Below are positions 9,762 to 20,500 of a stretch of 64,000 bases of DNA, one piece after another. The stretch comes from Candidatus Pacearchaeota archaeon (GTDB taxonomy: Archaea; Nanobdellota; Nanobdellia; Pacearchaeales; JAPDKA01), in the NCBI GenBank assembly GCA_038890875.1, contig JAWAFA010000001.1:419910-483909 (forward strand), written 5' to 3'. Within the stretch, counting starts at the first letter, position 1. Each line of letters begins with the position of its first letter. The position numbers and the translations under genes are program-made. Under the pieces are notes generated by a model. That model did not search any database and was not told the origin of the DNA. It was given only the letters and a program-made list of their open reading frames with translations.

Positions 9762-11663
9762 TTAAATATCAAGTTCAGCTTCTTTTGCATGTTCAATGAT
9801 GAATTGTTTTCTTGGTTCAACTTTTTCTCCCATCAAAATCGTGAATGTTCTATCAGCTTCGATAGCATCTTCAATAGTAATTTGCTTTAGCTTTCTTGTT
9901 TTTGGGTCAAGTGTTGTTTCCCAAAGCTGTTCTGGGTTCATTTCACCAAGCCCTTTAAATCTCGTTACTTCAGCTTTTTCATCTTTAACTAAATCCTTCA
10001 ATTCATCTTCATTATAAACATAATAATCTTTATTCCCTCTTCTTACCCTATAAAGAGGAGGAACTGCTACATAGATATGCCCATTCTCAATAAGTTGAGG
10101 CATATATCTAAAGAAAAATGTTAGAAGTAATGTTTTAATATGCTGCCCATCGACGTCAGCATCGGTCATTATAATTATTTTACCATATCTAAGCTTTGTT
10201 AAATCAAATTCATCACCAACATTTGTACCAACACTTTTTATTAAGGCAGCTATTTCTTCATTGGCAAAAATTTTATTATGCCCTGCTTTCTCAACATTTA
10301 AAATTTTTCCACGGAGTGGTAATATAGCCTGAAATTCTTTGTTTCTTGCTTGTTTTGCACTACCTCCAGCACTGTCTCCTTCAACAATAAAAAGTTCAGC
10401 AATCTCTTTTTTTGTTGATGAACAATCGGCAAGTTTTCCTGGAAGATTCCCGGCAAAAAGAGCCCCTTTTCTTCTTACGAGCTCCTTAGCTTTTTTTGCC
10501 GCTTCTCTTGCTTTAGCAGCTTCGCTAACTTTTTGTAAGATTCTTTTGGCAATACTTAGATTTTCATCAAAAAATTGTGAAAGTTTATTATTGACAACAC
10601 TTTCAACAATTCCTTTAACCTCACTATTTCCAAGTTTTGTTTTTGTCTGGCCCTCAAACTGTGGATTCGGCAGTTTTACATTTATTATTGCTGTTAATCC
10701 TTCCCTCGTATCATCACCCATAATTTTTATTTTTGATTTTTCATCTGCATAATCGCTTAAAACTTTTGTTAAAGCTGTTTTAAAACCTATGACATGTGTA
10801 CCTCCTTCGATAGTATTAATAGTGTTAACAAAGCTAAAAATATGCTCAGTGTAACCATCAAAATACTGTAAAGCAATTTCTACAAACACTCCATTTTTTT
10901 GATCACTAAAATAAATTGGTTTATGTAAAGGATTTTTCTCTTTGTTCAACCATTCAATAAAATCAATAAGCCCGCCTTTAGAAATAAATCTTTCTTTTTC
11001 TCCAGAAGCCTCATTAATTAACTGTATTTCTAAATCTTTATTTAAAAAACTTAGTTCTTGAAGTCGGATTTTTATTAACTTTTGATCGAAGTTAATCGTT
11101 TTAAAAATTTCTGGATCAGGCCAAAACCTAACTTCTGTTCCTGTTTCATCTGTTGTTCCAATTACTTTAACAGGAGTTAAAGCATTACCTCGCTCATACT
11201 CTTGACAATAAATTTTTCCATCTCTATAAACTTTTACAATCATCTTCTTACTTAGTGCATTTACTACACTTGCTCCAACTCCATGGAGGCCTCCAGAAAT
11301 TGCATATACTTTATGATCAAATTTACCTCCAGCATGTAACATTGTCATCACTGTTTCAAGTGCTGATTTACCTGTTTCTTTGTGAATTTCTACAGGAATC
11401 CCTCGCCCATTATCTTTAACACTAACTGACCCATCTTTATGTAATGTAATTTTAATTGATGTGCAATATCCCGCCATTGCCTCATCAATGCTATTATCAA
11501 CAATCTCCCACATTAAATGATGTAATCCCTCTTTACCAGTGCTTCCTATATACATTGCCGGTCTTCGACGTACTCCTTCTAATCCTTTTAATACTTGTAT
11601 AGCTTCCGCTGTATAAGCTTTTGCTTTTTCTTTTTTTTCTTGTTTTTCTTTTTCGTCGGTCAT
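9762..11663 (-). CDS. gyrB: DNA gyrase subunit B
   Basis: LEGVRRRPAMYIG, EIVDNSIDE, GGLHGVG, VEGDSAGG, PLRGKILN, MTDADVDG, RFKGLGEM. Confidence 0.97.
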   Translation of the reverse strand: MTDEKEKQEKKEKAKAYTAEAIQVLKGLEGVRRRPAMYIGSTGKEGLHHLMWEIVDNSIDEAMAGYCTSIKITLHKDGSVSVKDNGRGIPVEIHKETGKSALETVMTMLHAGGKFDHKVYAISGGLHGVGASVVNALSKKMIVKVYRDGKIYCQEYERGNALTPVKVIGTTDETGTEVRFWPDPEIFKTINFDQKLIKIRLQELSFLNKDLEIQLINEASGEKERFISKGGLIDFIEWLNKEKNPLHKPIYFSDQKNGVFVEIALQYFDGYTEHIFSFVNTINTIEGGTHVIGFKTALTKVLSDYADEKSKIKIMGDDTREGLTAIINVKLPNPQFEGQTKTKLGNSEVKGIVESVVNNKLSQFFDENLSIAKRILQKVSEAAKAREAAKKAKELVRRKGALFAGNLPGKLADCSSTKKEIAELFIVEGDSAGGSAKQARNKEFQAILPLRGKILNVEKAGHNKIFANEEIAALIKSVGTNVGDEFDLTKLRYGKIIIMTDADVDGQHIKTLLLTFFFRYMPQLIENGHIYVAVPPLYRVRRGNKDYYVYNEDELKDLVKDEKAEVTRFKGLGEMNPEQLWETTLDPKTRKLKQITIEDAIEADRTFTILMGEKVEPRKQFIIEHAKEAELDI

Positions 11664-11771
11664 GATAGTCTTAAGTTTTCTTTATTTATAAATCTTTCGT
11701 CGATAAAACAGATTTTTCCGTCGAATTTTTTATAAAATGAGAAAAATAGAAGAAAAAAGTTTTTATAATTT

Positions 11772-12440
11772 TTATTTTTCTTCTTCGAGAATCACAGCTT
11801 TAATCTTGACCTTTTCAACTTCTTTTACAAAATTCATCGCATCATTAACATTTCCGACGATTTTTGCATAGTGCATTGGTATAGCTAAAAATGGTTTAAT
11901 CTTTTTAACAAGCTCACTTGCCTCTTTCCAATCCATTGTATAAGTGCCGCCAACTGGTAAGAGCATGATAAGGTTTTTTGCATATTTTGTTAAAACATTT
12001 TGCTCTGGAATGACATCAGTATCCCCAGCATGATAGATACATGCTTCCTTTGTCTTTATTACATAACCAACCCAATCATGAACACGAGGATGAAAATGTT
12101 TATTTATATTATATGCATGAATGCATTCAACTACAAATTTATTTAAATCAAAACTAACTCCTGGCACAGCAATTTTTACATTTATTTTTTGTTCGAGCCT
12201 CATCAATGTACTTTGGCAGTCAGCAGTTGCTACAATTACTGTTCCATCTTTGACTATCTTTTTTAAATCCTCCAAACTCAAATGATCATAATGCTCGTGA
12301 GTTATCAAGATATAGTCTGCCTTTTCATTTTCTGAAGTTTTTGCTATTTTATATGGATCTATATAGACGACGCTCCCACTAATTCTTAATCTAAATCCAG
12401 CATGCCCAAGCCATTCAATTTCTATATCTTTTATTTTCAT
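11772..12440 (-). CDS. MBL-fold metallo-hydrolase (UPF0173/Lactamase_B_3-like)
   Basis: WLGHAGF, THEHYDH, YHAGDT, PMHY. Confidence 0.9.
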   Translation of the reverse strand: MKIKDIEIEWLGHAGFRLRISGSVVYIDPYKIAKTSENEKADYILITHEHYDHLSLEDLKKIVKDGTVIVATADCQSTLMRLEQKINVKIAVPGVSFDLNKFVVECIHAYNINKHFHPRVHDWVGYVIKTKEACIYHAGDTDVIPEQNVLTKYAKNLIMLLPVGGTYTMDWKEASELVKKIKPFLAIPMHYAKIVGNVNDAMNFVKEVEKVKIKAVILEEEK

Positions 12441-12458
12441 TTTGCTTTTTCTGCTTTT

Positions 12459-12809
12459 TTATCTTCCTGCTTTCCAAAATAAAATACTGGAAATTAGTAA
12501 CAAAATAAATGACTCAAGCCTAAAAGAAAATAGAGCTAACATAGCGATGACAAGTAAATAAAACCAACCTTTTAATTTTCGATATACTCTAATCAACGCT
12601 CCAAGTAAAATCACACTTAAAAAAATCCAAAATAAAGATAAAAAAGTTAAGCTGTTTTTTAAAGTTCCGGCATCAATGCCAGCAATTGTTGCCCCAGTTA
12701 TTAGTTCAGAGCCATACGCTAGGCCAATTATTGCATTTACTAATAAAAAAAATAATGCAAACAAGCTTAAAACAATACCGGCAATAAAATATCCTCTTTT
12801 TGTTTCCAT
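12459..12809 (-). CDS. Hypothetical membrane protein
   Basis: Three to four hydrophobic segments; same strand as neighbours. Confidence 0.65.
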   Translation of the reverse strand: METKRGYFIAGIVLSLFALFFLLVNAIIGLAYGSELITGATIAGIDAGTLKNSLTFLSLFWIFLSVILLGALIRVYRKLKGWFYLLVIAMLALFSFRLESFILLLISSILFWKAGR

Positions 12810-12855
12810 TATTTATTTATCTTTTCTTATTTAAATTTTTATCTAATCTTTTTCT

Positions 12856-13176
12856 TTATTCATTCTCAACTTCTTCGCTTCTTTCATCTTCCCTTTCATC
12901 AGCCCCTTCATTATTACTTTCACTACCTTTTATAATCTCTTCGCTCTCCGAAAGTAATCTTTGCATAATTTCTTTATCACCCATTTTCTCATTTCTATAT
13001 TTCAATGTTCTTACAATCGCAGCAACAGCAATTCTTTTTACATCAACTTTCAAATCAAGTTGGTCAAGAATAGCTTCGAGTACTTTTTCCTCACTAACCG
13101 CTGGATGTTCCTTACAATAATTTAATGTTTTTGAAGCTGCATTAACAATTATCATTTTTATTTTCTCTGATCTCAT
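12856..13176 (-). CDS. Hypothetical protein with acidic tail
   Basis: ATG-started ORF with typical composition; TATA-like element upstream. Confidence 0.65.
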   Translation of the reverse strand: MRSEKIKMIIVNAASKTLNYCKEHPAVSEEKVLEAILDQLDLKVDVKRIAVAAIVRTLKYRNEKMGDKEIMQRLLSESEEIIKGSESNNEGADEREDERSEEVENE

Positions 13177-13223
13177 TTTATTTATCTAACTATATATTTT
13201 AAAAATATTTTGATATTTTATTT

Positions 13224-13541
13224 TCATTTCTCTTTATTCTCAATTTTCTTTTTTAATTTTTTCAAAGTTCCACTGACATAAACACATTCTGGTCTAGATT
13301 CGCAAAGCAATAATGCCCCTCTTGCTTGACTTAAATACTTTCTATGAATGCTTAGAATTAAAAATTTAGGCCTGCCTATGTTAATAAAAAAAGGTCTTGC
13401 CCTGGCATAATTGACAATCCCGACAAAAAGAAGAAATCCATTCTTAATCTCTTGTTTTACTTTTTCTTTTGATCCTTTATATTTAATAAGCAGATATCTT
13501 CGCGGTTCTTTCCAACTTGGCAAGATTTTCATAAAATGCAA
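13224..13541 (-). CDS. RNase P protein component 2 (Pop5/Rpp14)
   Basis: LPSWKEPRRYL at the N-terminus and VSGTLKKL at the C-terminus are Pop5 signatures; true start probably the ATG at 13532. Confidence 0.75.
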   Translation of the reverse strand: MHFMKILPSWKEPRRYLLIKYKGSKEKVKQEIKNGFLLFVGIVNYARARPFFINIGRPKFLILSIHRKYLSQARGALLLCESRPECVYVSGTLKKLKKKIENKEK

Positions 13542-13599
13542 GAATAAGAATATTTAAATATTTTGCATTAATATAATCTTTTTTGCCATTCGCATATTG

Positions 13600-14616
13600 C
13601 TAAAGTTTTGCTCTTTCAAATATCCACGGCTTATAGATAGGAAAAAGTGTTACTTTCCAAGCTTCTACTTTATACTTTTTAGCTAATTCTCTTGCTTTCT
13701 CCACGCTTGTTTCAGCTAAATTATGCCCTTTATAATGCACTTTCCACTTTTCTGCCAATTTTTTATTACATTTAACTTCACCATAAACAAGATAACCATA
13801 TTTGTTTATTTTTTGCCAAGGTCGCTTTATGTTTTTAACTCTCCGCTTCAATCTTTCTACAAGCTGTAGCATAAATTTTGTTTTTACAGAACAAAAATGT
13901 GCATTAACACTTTTTCTTGCAGCATACTGCAAAATTTTTTCTCCTAATTCAAGTGAGCCTTTTACAGCATAGCTCTCGCCAATAGGCTTAAATCCATGCT
14001 TTCTCATCTCTTGCCAATTTGTTTCTGAAAACTCAAATTCATTTAAGTTAAGAAATACTTGCTTAATTTTACTTATCTTTGCACAAAAATCGACTATCTC
14101 TTTTAATTTTTTCTCATTTCCAGGAATGCAGGGAGTTTCAATGCCAACATTAAAACCAAACTTCACGGCTTCTTTAATCTTATTTGGTAAGAATGAGTGA
14201 AATCTGAGTTCATCTAAACCAGCATTTTCAAGAAGCCGCAAAACATGTTGATTAATAGTGTAGCCATAAGTATAAAGATGAACATGAAATGGTTTAAACC
14301 TTTTTTTAAAATATCGAATGTAGGTTAAAGTTTTATTTATAATTTGTGTATTCAATAAAGGTTCACCGCCAGTTATGCTCATCCCTAATGCGTTCATTTC
14401 TCTTGCTTCTCTTAAAGCATCAACAAAGTTTTTTACTGGTCTCTCGTTAGCATAAACTACATTCTTACCTTTTCTCTCGTCTGAGATAGGGCAATACCAG
14501 CATTTTAACTTGCATCTTCCAGTAACAAAAAGCACCATTTTTGCACCTTTCCAACATAACCTACAACCTTCGGGAAGAAAGTTATAAATAGAGCTAAACT
14601 TATTTTTGAATAGCAT
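13600..14616 (-). CDS. Archaeal radical SAM protein (COG2108-like)
   Basis: LPEGCRLC..GAKMVLFVTG.C...CWYCP, TGGEP, NLNEFE. Confidence 0.88.
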   Translation of the reverse strand: MLFKNKFSSIYNFLPEGCRLCWKGAKMVLFVTGRCKLKCWYCPISDERKGKNVVYANERPVKNFVDALREAREMNALGMSITGGEPLLNTQIINKTLTYIRYFKKRFKPFHVHLYTYGYTINQHVLRLLENAGLDELRFHSFLPNKIKEAVKFGFNVGIETPCIPGNEKKLKEIVDFCAKISKIKQVFLNLNEFEFSETNWQEMRKHGFKPIGESYAVKGSLELGEKILQYAARKSVNAHFCSVKTKFMLQLVERLKRRVKNIKRPWQKINKYGYLVYGEVKCNKKLAEKWKVHYKGHNLAETSVEKARELAKKYKVEAWKVTLFPIYKPWIFERAKL

Positions 14617-14617
14617 A

Positions 14618-15457
14618 CTAAATCTTTAGAAGCCTTTTTACTCTTTCTTCAACAGGTGGGTGGGTTGAAAAAAGTTTTACAAATCCGCTTGCTGAAAATG
14701 GACTTATTATAAATAAATTCTCCGTTGATTCAAAACCTAGAGCCTTGCTTGATGGAATTTTTGCCTGTCTTTCAAGTTTTAAAAGTGCATTTGCTAAAGG
14801 TTTACCTTTTCCTATTAACTTTGCTCCACTCTCGTCAGCTAAAAATTCACGACTGCGGCTTATGGCCAGCTGTATCAATAAAGCTGCAAAAGGAGCAATA
14901 ATTGCTATTATAAGCAAGGCAATCAAATTTATTATCCCTTCTCTACCTTCACCTTCTAATCCCCCAAAAATGAGGTTCCATCTTAACATTGCTGCAAGAT
15001 ACATTATTACTCCCGCAAGCACGCTAGCTATCGTTGCTATTAAAATATCTCTATTTTTAACATGACTTAACTCATGACTTATAACCCCAAGCAATTCTTC
15101 TTTGCTTAACATCTCAATAATCTTCTTTGTTACAACAACTGCAGAATGCTCAGGATTTCTACCAGTAGCGAATGCGTTAGCAATTGGAAATTCGCTTACG
15201 CACAATTTTGGCATAGGTATTCCCGCCTTTTTAGCAAGCTTTTCTGTTTCTGCATAGAGCCAATGTCCTTTTGGCAATGGTCTTGCTCTATACAAAAACA
15301 ACACTACCTTATCAGAAAAATAATAACTAAAAAAATTCATTGCAAGAACAAAGATAAAAGCAACTAAGAGTCCAACCTTACCAAAAATACTTCCTATAGC
15401 TAAAACTATAGCAGTTAAAATAAAGAGCAATAAAAATGTTTTAATACGACTATCCAT
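14618..15457 (-). CDS. htpX: Zinc metalloprotease HtpX (M48)
   Basis: NAFATGRNP, HELSH, SRSREFLAD, FSTHPP. Confidence 0.95.
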   Translation of the reverse strand: MDSRIKTFLLLFILTAIVLAIGSIFGKVGLLVAFIFVLAMNFFSYYFSDKVVLFLYRARPLPKGHWLYAETEKLAKKAGIPMPKLCVSEFPIANAFATGRNPEHSAVVVTKKIIEMLSKEELLGVISHELSHVKNRDILIATIASVLAGVIMYLAAMLRWNLIFGGLEGEGREGIINLIALLIIAIIAPFAALLIQLAISRSREFLADESGAKLIGKGKPLANALLKLERQAKIPSSKALGFESTENLFIISPFSASGFVKLFSTHPPVEERVKRLLKI

Positions 15458-15501
15458 AATTAAATTTTTGTTTTTTATTTTTAAAGCTTACGATTAACAA
15501 A

Positions 15502-16065
15502 TTAAAACCACTCTCCTTCAAAACGAAAGATTTTTGTATCTTTATCTTGCCAGGCATCCTTGTTCAATCCAGCCTTAAGGCAGGTTTGTTGTAGAAATGT
15601 TAAGGCATCAAAACTATGTTCAATTGCAACTTGTGGTAAAAGCAAACCACTCTGTTCTAACCTTAAATTATTTACGATTAACCCATGCTTTCCAATTTGA
15701 ATACTCTCAAATAATTCTTTAATTTTTTTTGTTTTTATTTCCTCTGGCGTAGAAAGTAAGGTTATCTCGATTTTAATTTTTTCTAATTCCTCTTTTGTTA
15801 GCGGCATAAACCTCGGATCATTGAAAGCGGCTAATTTTGCTGCTTGGATAATAGATCTACCTAAAGGTCTAACTATAGGGAAACCAATACAGCCACGGAG
15901 TTCTTCTTTAATTTTCAAAGTTACGAAGACGCCAGCAGAATATCTATCTAATTCTTTACTTAACATCTTTATTTTTTCAATTTCATTTTTAGTCGGATCA
16001 AGTTCATTTTTTATTGCAAGCAATGCTAATTCCTTAGCTTTTTCTCTTTCAATTTTAGTGAGCAT
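15502..16065 (-). CDS. AMMECR1 domain protein (AmmeMemoRadiSam protein A / TIGR00296)
   Basis: GVFVTL..ELRGCIG, DPRF.PL, GLLLPQV, CLKAG. Confidence 0.92.
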   Translation of the reverse strand: MLTKIEREKAKELALLAIKNELDPTKNEIEKIKMLSKELDRYSAGVFVTLKIKEELRGCIGFPIVRPLGRSIIQAAKLAAFNDPRFMPLTKEELEKIKIEITLLSTPEEIKTKKIKELFESIQIGKHGLIVNNLRLEQSGLLLPQVAIEHSFDALTFLQQTCLKAGLNKDAWQDKDTKIFRFEGEWF

Positions 16066-16102
16066 GTTTATATTAAGTTATGATAGCTTAAATATTTTAT
16101 TG

Positions 16103-16164
16103 TTATTTAATAGTAACAAAAAGATTTATAAACTCAAATTTATTATTATTTAATAGTAACAAAA
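16103..16164 (+). promoter_or_regulatory. Two 19-bp direct repeats (ttatttaatagtaacaaaa) flanking a TATA box; putative operator
   Basis: Copies at 16103-16121 and 16146-16164 with tttataaa between them; the first copy lies within the dyad ttgtta-N8-taacaa. Confidence 0.6.
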
Positions 16165-16176
16165 TTAAACCCTGAG

Positions 16177-16863
16177 TTGGAAATGAAATCAAGAAAAAAT
16201 ACTATCAAAGATAAAAGCTATTTTTATGGCCTATCTGTTTTATTTAAATCGCTTTATGCTGCCAATATCCCTGCCGTCTTAGTTGGAGGCACAGCTGTCC
16301 AAGTAAGAATTGCTCGCGCTTTGGCTAAACATAATAATAGCAAGCCAGACATCTCGAAAATTAATGACATTGAAAAATATCTAAGACCGACGAATGACTA
16401 TGATATCTGTGCTTTAAGTAAAGATGACGCGCTCCAAAAAGTAATCCAAGGATTAAATATTGAAGAAGAAATTGATGATGAAATTTATCAAATCGAAGTT
16501 AGTCGAAATGGAATTGTCAAGCCAAAAATCAAAGTTTATAGCTTAAATGGTGCTTATAATGAAACTGAGATTGTATTAAATTTTTCAAGAAATGCTAGCA
16601 ATACAAATTTTTTTAAAGATTATTATGATGAAATGATTTTTTCTGGAGAGGAGATTAGTTTATTTAACGAGCAATTAAAAGCTGAAATTACTGTAGCTAA
16701 ACCAGAATATATTGTTGCGGCAAAACTTATGAGGGGAAAAGAAAGAGATTTTCATGATATTAACCTTTTACTCAACTTTGAAAAAATCGATAAACAAGAA
16801 TTAGCAAGGATTATGAAGCATGAAATTTATCGTTTTGAGAACTTAACCGATCTAAATCATTAA
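16177..16863 (+). CDS. Pol-beta-superfamily nucleotidyltransferase (AbiEii/DUF6036-like)
   Basis: VLVGGTAV, RPTNDYDI, AAKLMRGKERDFHDI; start may be the ATG at 16183. Confidence 0.7.
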   Translation: MEMKSRKNTIKDKSYFYGLSVLFKSLYAANIPAVLVGGTAVQVRIARALAKHNNSKPDISKINDIEKYLRPTNDYDICALSKDDALQKVIQGLNIEEEIDDEIYQIEVSRNGIVKPKIKVYSLNGAYNETEIVLNFSRNASNTNFFKDYYDEMIFSGEEISLFNEQLKAEITVAKPEYIVAAKLMRGKERDFHDINLLLNFEKIDKQELARIMKHEIYRFENLTDLNH

Positions 16864-17560
16864 CCAATTCATCGATGAATTGTTCAAGATATTCGAGAAT
16901 AACAAGTCCACTATAATTTTTTTCTTTCAAATTTTCAAGAAATTTTTCAATTGGCAAATCTCCCATCGCTATTGGTAAATGCTTCTTTGGACCCTGATTT
17001 TTATTCAGTCGGTTGTAATACTTATTACTTAAATGTACTACTTTTATTTTTTCTCTGTATTTATTAAATTCTTCTATTATGTCAACATCTCGTGTATGGC
17101 TTATATCATAAGTCATACTAATAAAATCGAAGTTTAAATTAAAAATTTGTTCTGGCGTGTTAATCCATCTTCTTCTTTTCTTTTCAAAATTTTCATAACA
17201 CAGGACTATACCGAGGTTTCTTATAGCTTGCGCTTTATTTTTTAAAGCTTCAAGTGCAAAATAATAACTCTCATTTCGTGGATTTAATGTAAAAATCTTA
17301 ACCTCGTAGTTTTGCTTAATCTGGGCTATTACATTAATAAACTCCTCATTAAAAACATCAATATTAGGTAAATGTGCTGAGATTATGTTAATATCATAGT
17401 CTTTTATTATTCTCCTTACCTTATCATGGGGAGTAGCTTTAAAGTCTTCAAGTTTGTGAAAAGAAATTTCAACTGCTTTACCCTTAAATCTCTCGAGCTT
17501 TTTTTCTAATCTTTCTGCATTCCGATCAGGATAAATAAATATTGATGCGCCAAATTTCAT
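16811..17560 (-). CDS. Sugar phosphate isomerase/epimerase (AP endonuclease 2 TIM barrel) family protein
   Basis: SAHLP, LCYEN, TYDISH, VHLSN, HLPIAMGDLP, ILEY. Confidence 0.8.
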   Translation of the reverse strand: MKFGASIFIYPDRNAERLEKKLERFKGKAVEISFHKLEDFKATPHDKVRRIIKDYDINIISAHLPNIDVFNEEFINVIAQIKQNYEVKIFTLNPRNESYYFALEALKNKAQAIRNLGIVLCYENFEKKRRRWINTPEQIFNLNFDFISMTYDISHTRDVDIIEEFNKYREKIKVVHLSNKYYNRLNKNQGPKKHLPIAMGDLPIEKFLENLKEKNYSGLVILEYLEQFIDELVNDLDRLSSQNDKFHAS

Positions 17561-17569
17561 TTTATATTT

Positions 17570-20500
17570 TTAATGGCGCACTTTTTTCACTATTATTGCC
17601 ACGGCTAGGATTACTATGATTAAACCAAGTAAAGCAATTATAGCAATATGCCAGTTGCTTTTTAACCAACCTATTACCCCACCAGTTACTGGGATTATGG
17701 GTAATCTGTCGACAAATAAGCCAATTATTGCTGCAGAGTCTACCAACGCTACTACTTTTCCATTCTCTTTATCCCAAACACTCTCTATTTTCCTCCATCC
17801 ACCACCTTCATAATTATAGATAAACAAGTTAGCTCCTTCAGCGAACTCCTCATTGATCTTTATTATTAACTCTACATCTTCACCGAATCTCACAGCTGGC
17901 GTAAACTTGTACGCTCGCACTAAATAAACATCTTGTGGCAATGTTGGAAGCAGCGTTAAATCAGTGATTTTTTCAATTTTTATAGTATTTGGATCGATTT
18001 TATTATTATTGTTATTTACTACCTCTATACTTGATAGTAGCCTCACTATTACTAATCTATCATCACTTTTTATTTCAATAGCCTTAACTTTTGGTTTTGG
18101 CGTTGTTGTAACTGTTAAATTTGGAATAATTTTGCAATCTTGCGGGCAATAAACACTTTCATTGCCTTCACAAATGTTATTGCCACATATTGGCGCTACG
18201 AGAGCTTCTCTTCCTCCTCCACCTCTTTCCTCTACTATCTTTTGCACAACTCTAAAACTAATTGTGCTCCATGCTGAAGTTCCGTGAACATCAGTAACCT
18301 TTACTTTGGCAATATACCTTCCTGGATTGTTATACGTATGAGTTGCTGTTGAAACATTTATTGCACTATAATCAAATGTCCCATCATTTGTCCAGTCCCA
18401 TTCATATGTTATATTATCATTTGTATTAAATTGTCCTCCTATTAATGCATTGAATGAAATCGATTCATCTTCATAATAAGGAGATGGGCTTGTGATAACA
18501 ATTCTTACAGATGGTAATGCAGAACTATTACTTAAGTTTAGTGGGGTGTTATTTGTTGCATTATAAGTGAAATTTGTTGTTATTATAGTACCATTATAAA
18601 GAACATTATCAGTAACATTTGCATCTATTAATGTCGCATTTCCGAGTGTTGAATTTGTTATAATTGTATTGGTTGCCGTTATATTCTCTAAATCAGAATT
18701 AATAACAGTACTATTATTTAAACTTGAATTATTTATTGTTGAATTTGTGACGTTGGAATCATTGAGCATAGAGTTTGTAATTGTTGAATTGTTTGTTGTT
18801 GAATTTGTTAAAGTTGAGTTTTCAATCTCAGAGTTTTCTACAGTTGAATTTATGAGCATTGAATTTGCAACTATTGAATCGCTAATATTACTATAATCCA
18901 AATTTGAGCTTTCAATTGTTGAGTTACTAATATTTGAATAGGTGATATTCGATTCGTTTATTATAGCCTTATCAACATTGGAGTATGTTATATTTGAATA
19001 ACTAACGTTGGAGTAAGTAACATTTGACTGATATGTGTGTGAGTTCGTTAAGTTTGAACCAGTTAAGTTGTTAGTTGGTTGTGGGGGGTCATAGATGCCA
19101 TCAGCAAGATAGCAGTTTGAAGCTATTATACCTTTAACTGTTGCATTGATTACCGTACAATTATTTAAAATTGAATTATTAATTATTGATGCTGTCGCAT
19201 TTACAGCCGTTAGCCAGGAATTTTCTACAGTTGAATTATCTATATTTGAATCTAAGATTAAAATATCCTCATTAAAGTTACCTCCAGCTGATGCTTTAAT
19301 GGTTGAGAAATTCTTTATTATTGAATCATTTATATTATTAAATATTCCTGTTGACTGACTCACATAGAATGTGCCGTTCACTGTCGAATTAAATATCCAG
19401 CCAGTGTCAAGAGTTACTACACTTGTTGTTGTTGATGTAATATTACTAATGCTTGTATTTGAATTGCTTGTTGCAATTACATTTACAATATAAACCCCTG
19501 GATTGGAATCACTAACAGTGAGACTAACTATATAACTTCCCCCTTGATTTAACATAGGAGTTGTTGTTTCATTCAAAATTGCTTGATCAGCATTATTAAT
19601 ATTTTGTATTGTTAAATTAAAGTTGTCTTGAGTATCGCCGATGTTTGTTATATTTATTGTATAAATGGCTGGCTCAAGTAAGCCGACAGTTTGTGATGAT
19701 GGAGTTGCTGTTATGCTTACACCATAGTCTGGAACTGGATTAACTGTTACAATAATAGTGTCATTTGCACTGTATTCGCCATCCGATGCTATAAGTGTAA
19801 CCTCAGCAATTCCATTCCAATTTGGATTTGCTGTTATATTAACTCTTGTGCCAACAAATGTGACGATAACATTACTATTATTTGAAGTAAATGAATAAAC
19901 TAATGTTGCATTATCAACATCCGCAAAGTAATTTGTCATGTCAAGGCTATCATTGTAACTATCTTCGTCGAAAGTTACATCTGGAATTAAGGTGATTAAG
20001 TAAGGAGCATCATTTACAGGGACAACATTTATTGTAACCGTGGCTATATTACTATTAGCTTCTCCATCATTAGCAACATATGTAAAGCTATCTATACCAT
20101 TAAAGTTTGCATTTGGTATATATGTGAAGGAACCGTCAGAGTTGAGAGTTAAGACACCATTGGAGACGTTTGTTACTAAGATTGCTGAAAGTATATCAAT
20201 ATCAATATCAGAATCATTAACTAATAACCCTTGAGCTGTGGGAACAGTTAAGATGTTATCCTCATTTGTGTTATAAACATCATTTTGTATAACTGGAGGC
20301 GTATTTTTTATATCTTTTACTACTGTTATATTACCAGAAAACTCTATTCCATCAAACGCGCCAGCAATTACCAACACATCATCATTTTTATTACAGCCAG
20401 CTGAGGTTAAGCAGTCGAATGTATTATTCGTAGACCAGGTTTGTAATATAACTCCTGTTGCATTATTTCTAAATTCATAATAATAAGTGATAATATCACC

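Noticed and set aside
1..11663. Inteins in RNR, aIF5B, GyrA or GyrB
   Set aside because: Protein lengths and motif spacing are normal; no C/S...HN-C/S/T insertions in the visible parts
13600..16065. Complete AmmeMemoRadiSam system (AMMECR1 plus nearby radical SAM)
   Set aside because: The radical SAM looks like the separate archaeal COG2108-type family and no Memo protein is present; proximity alone is insufficient
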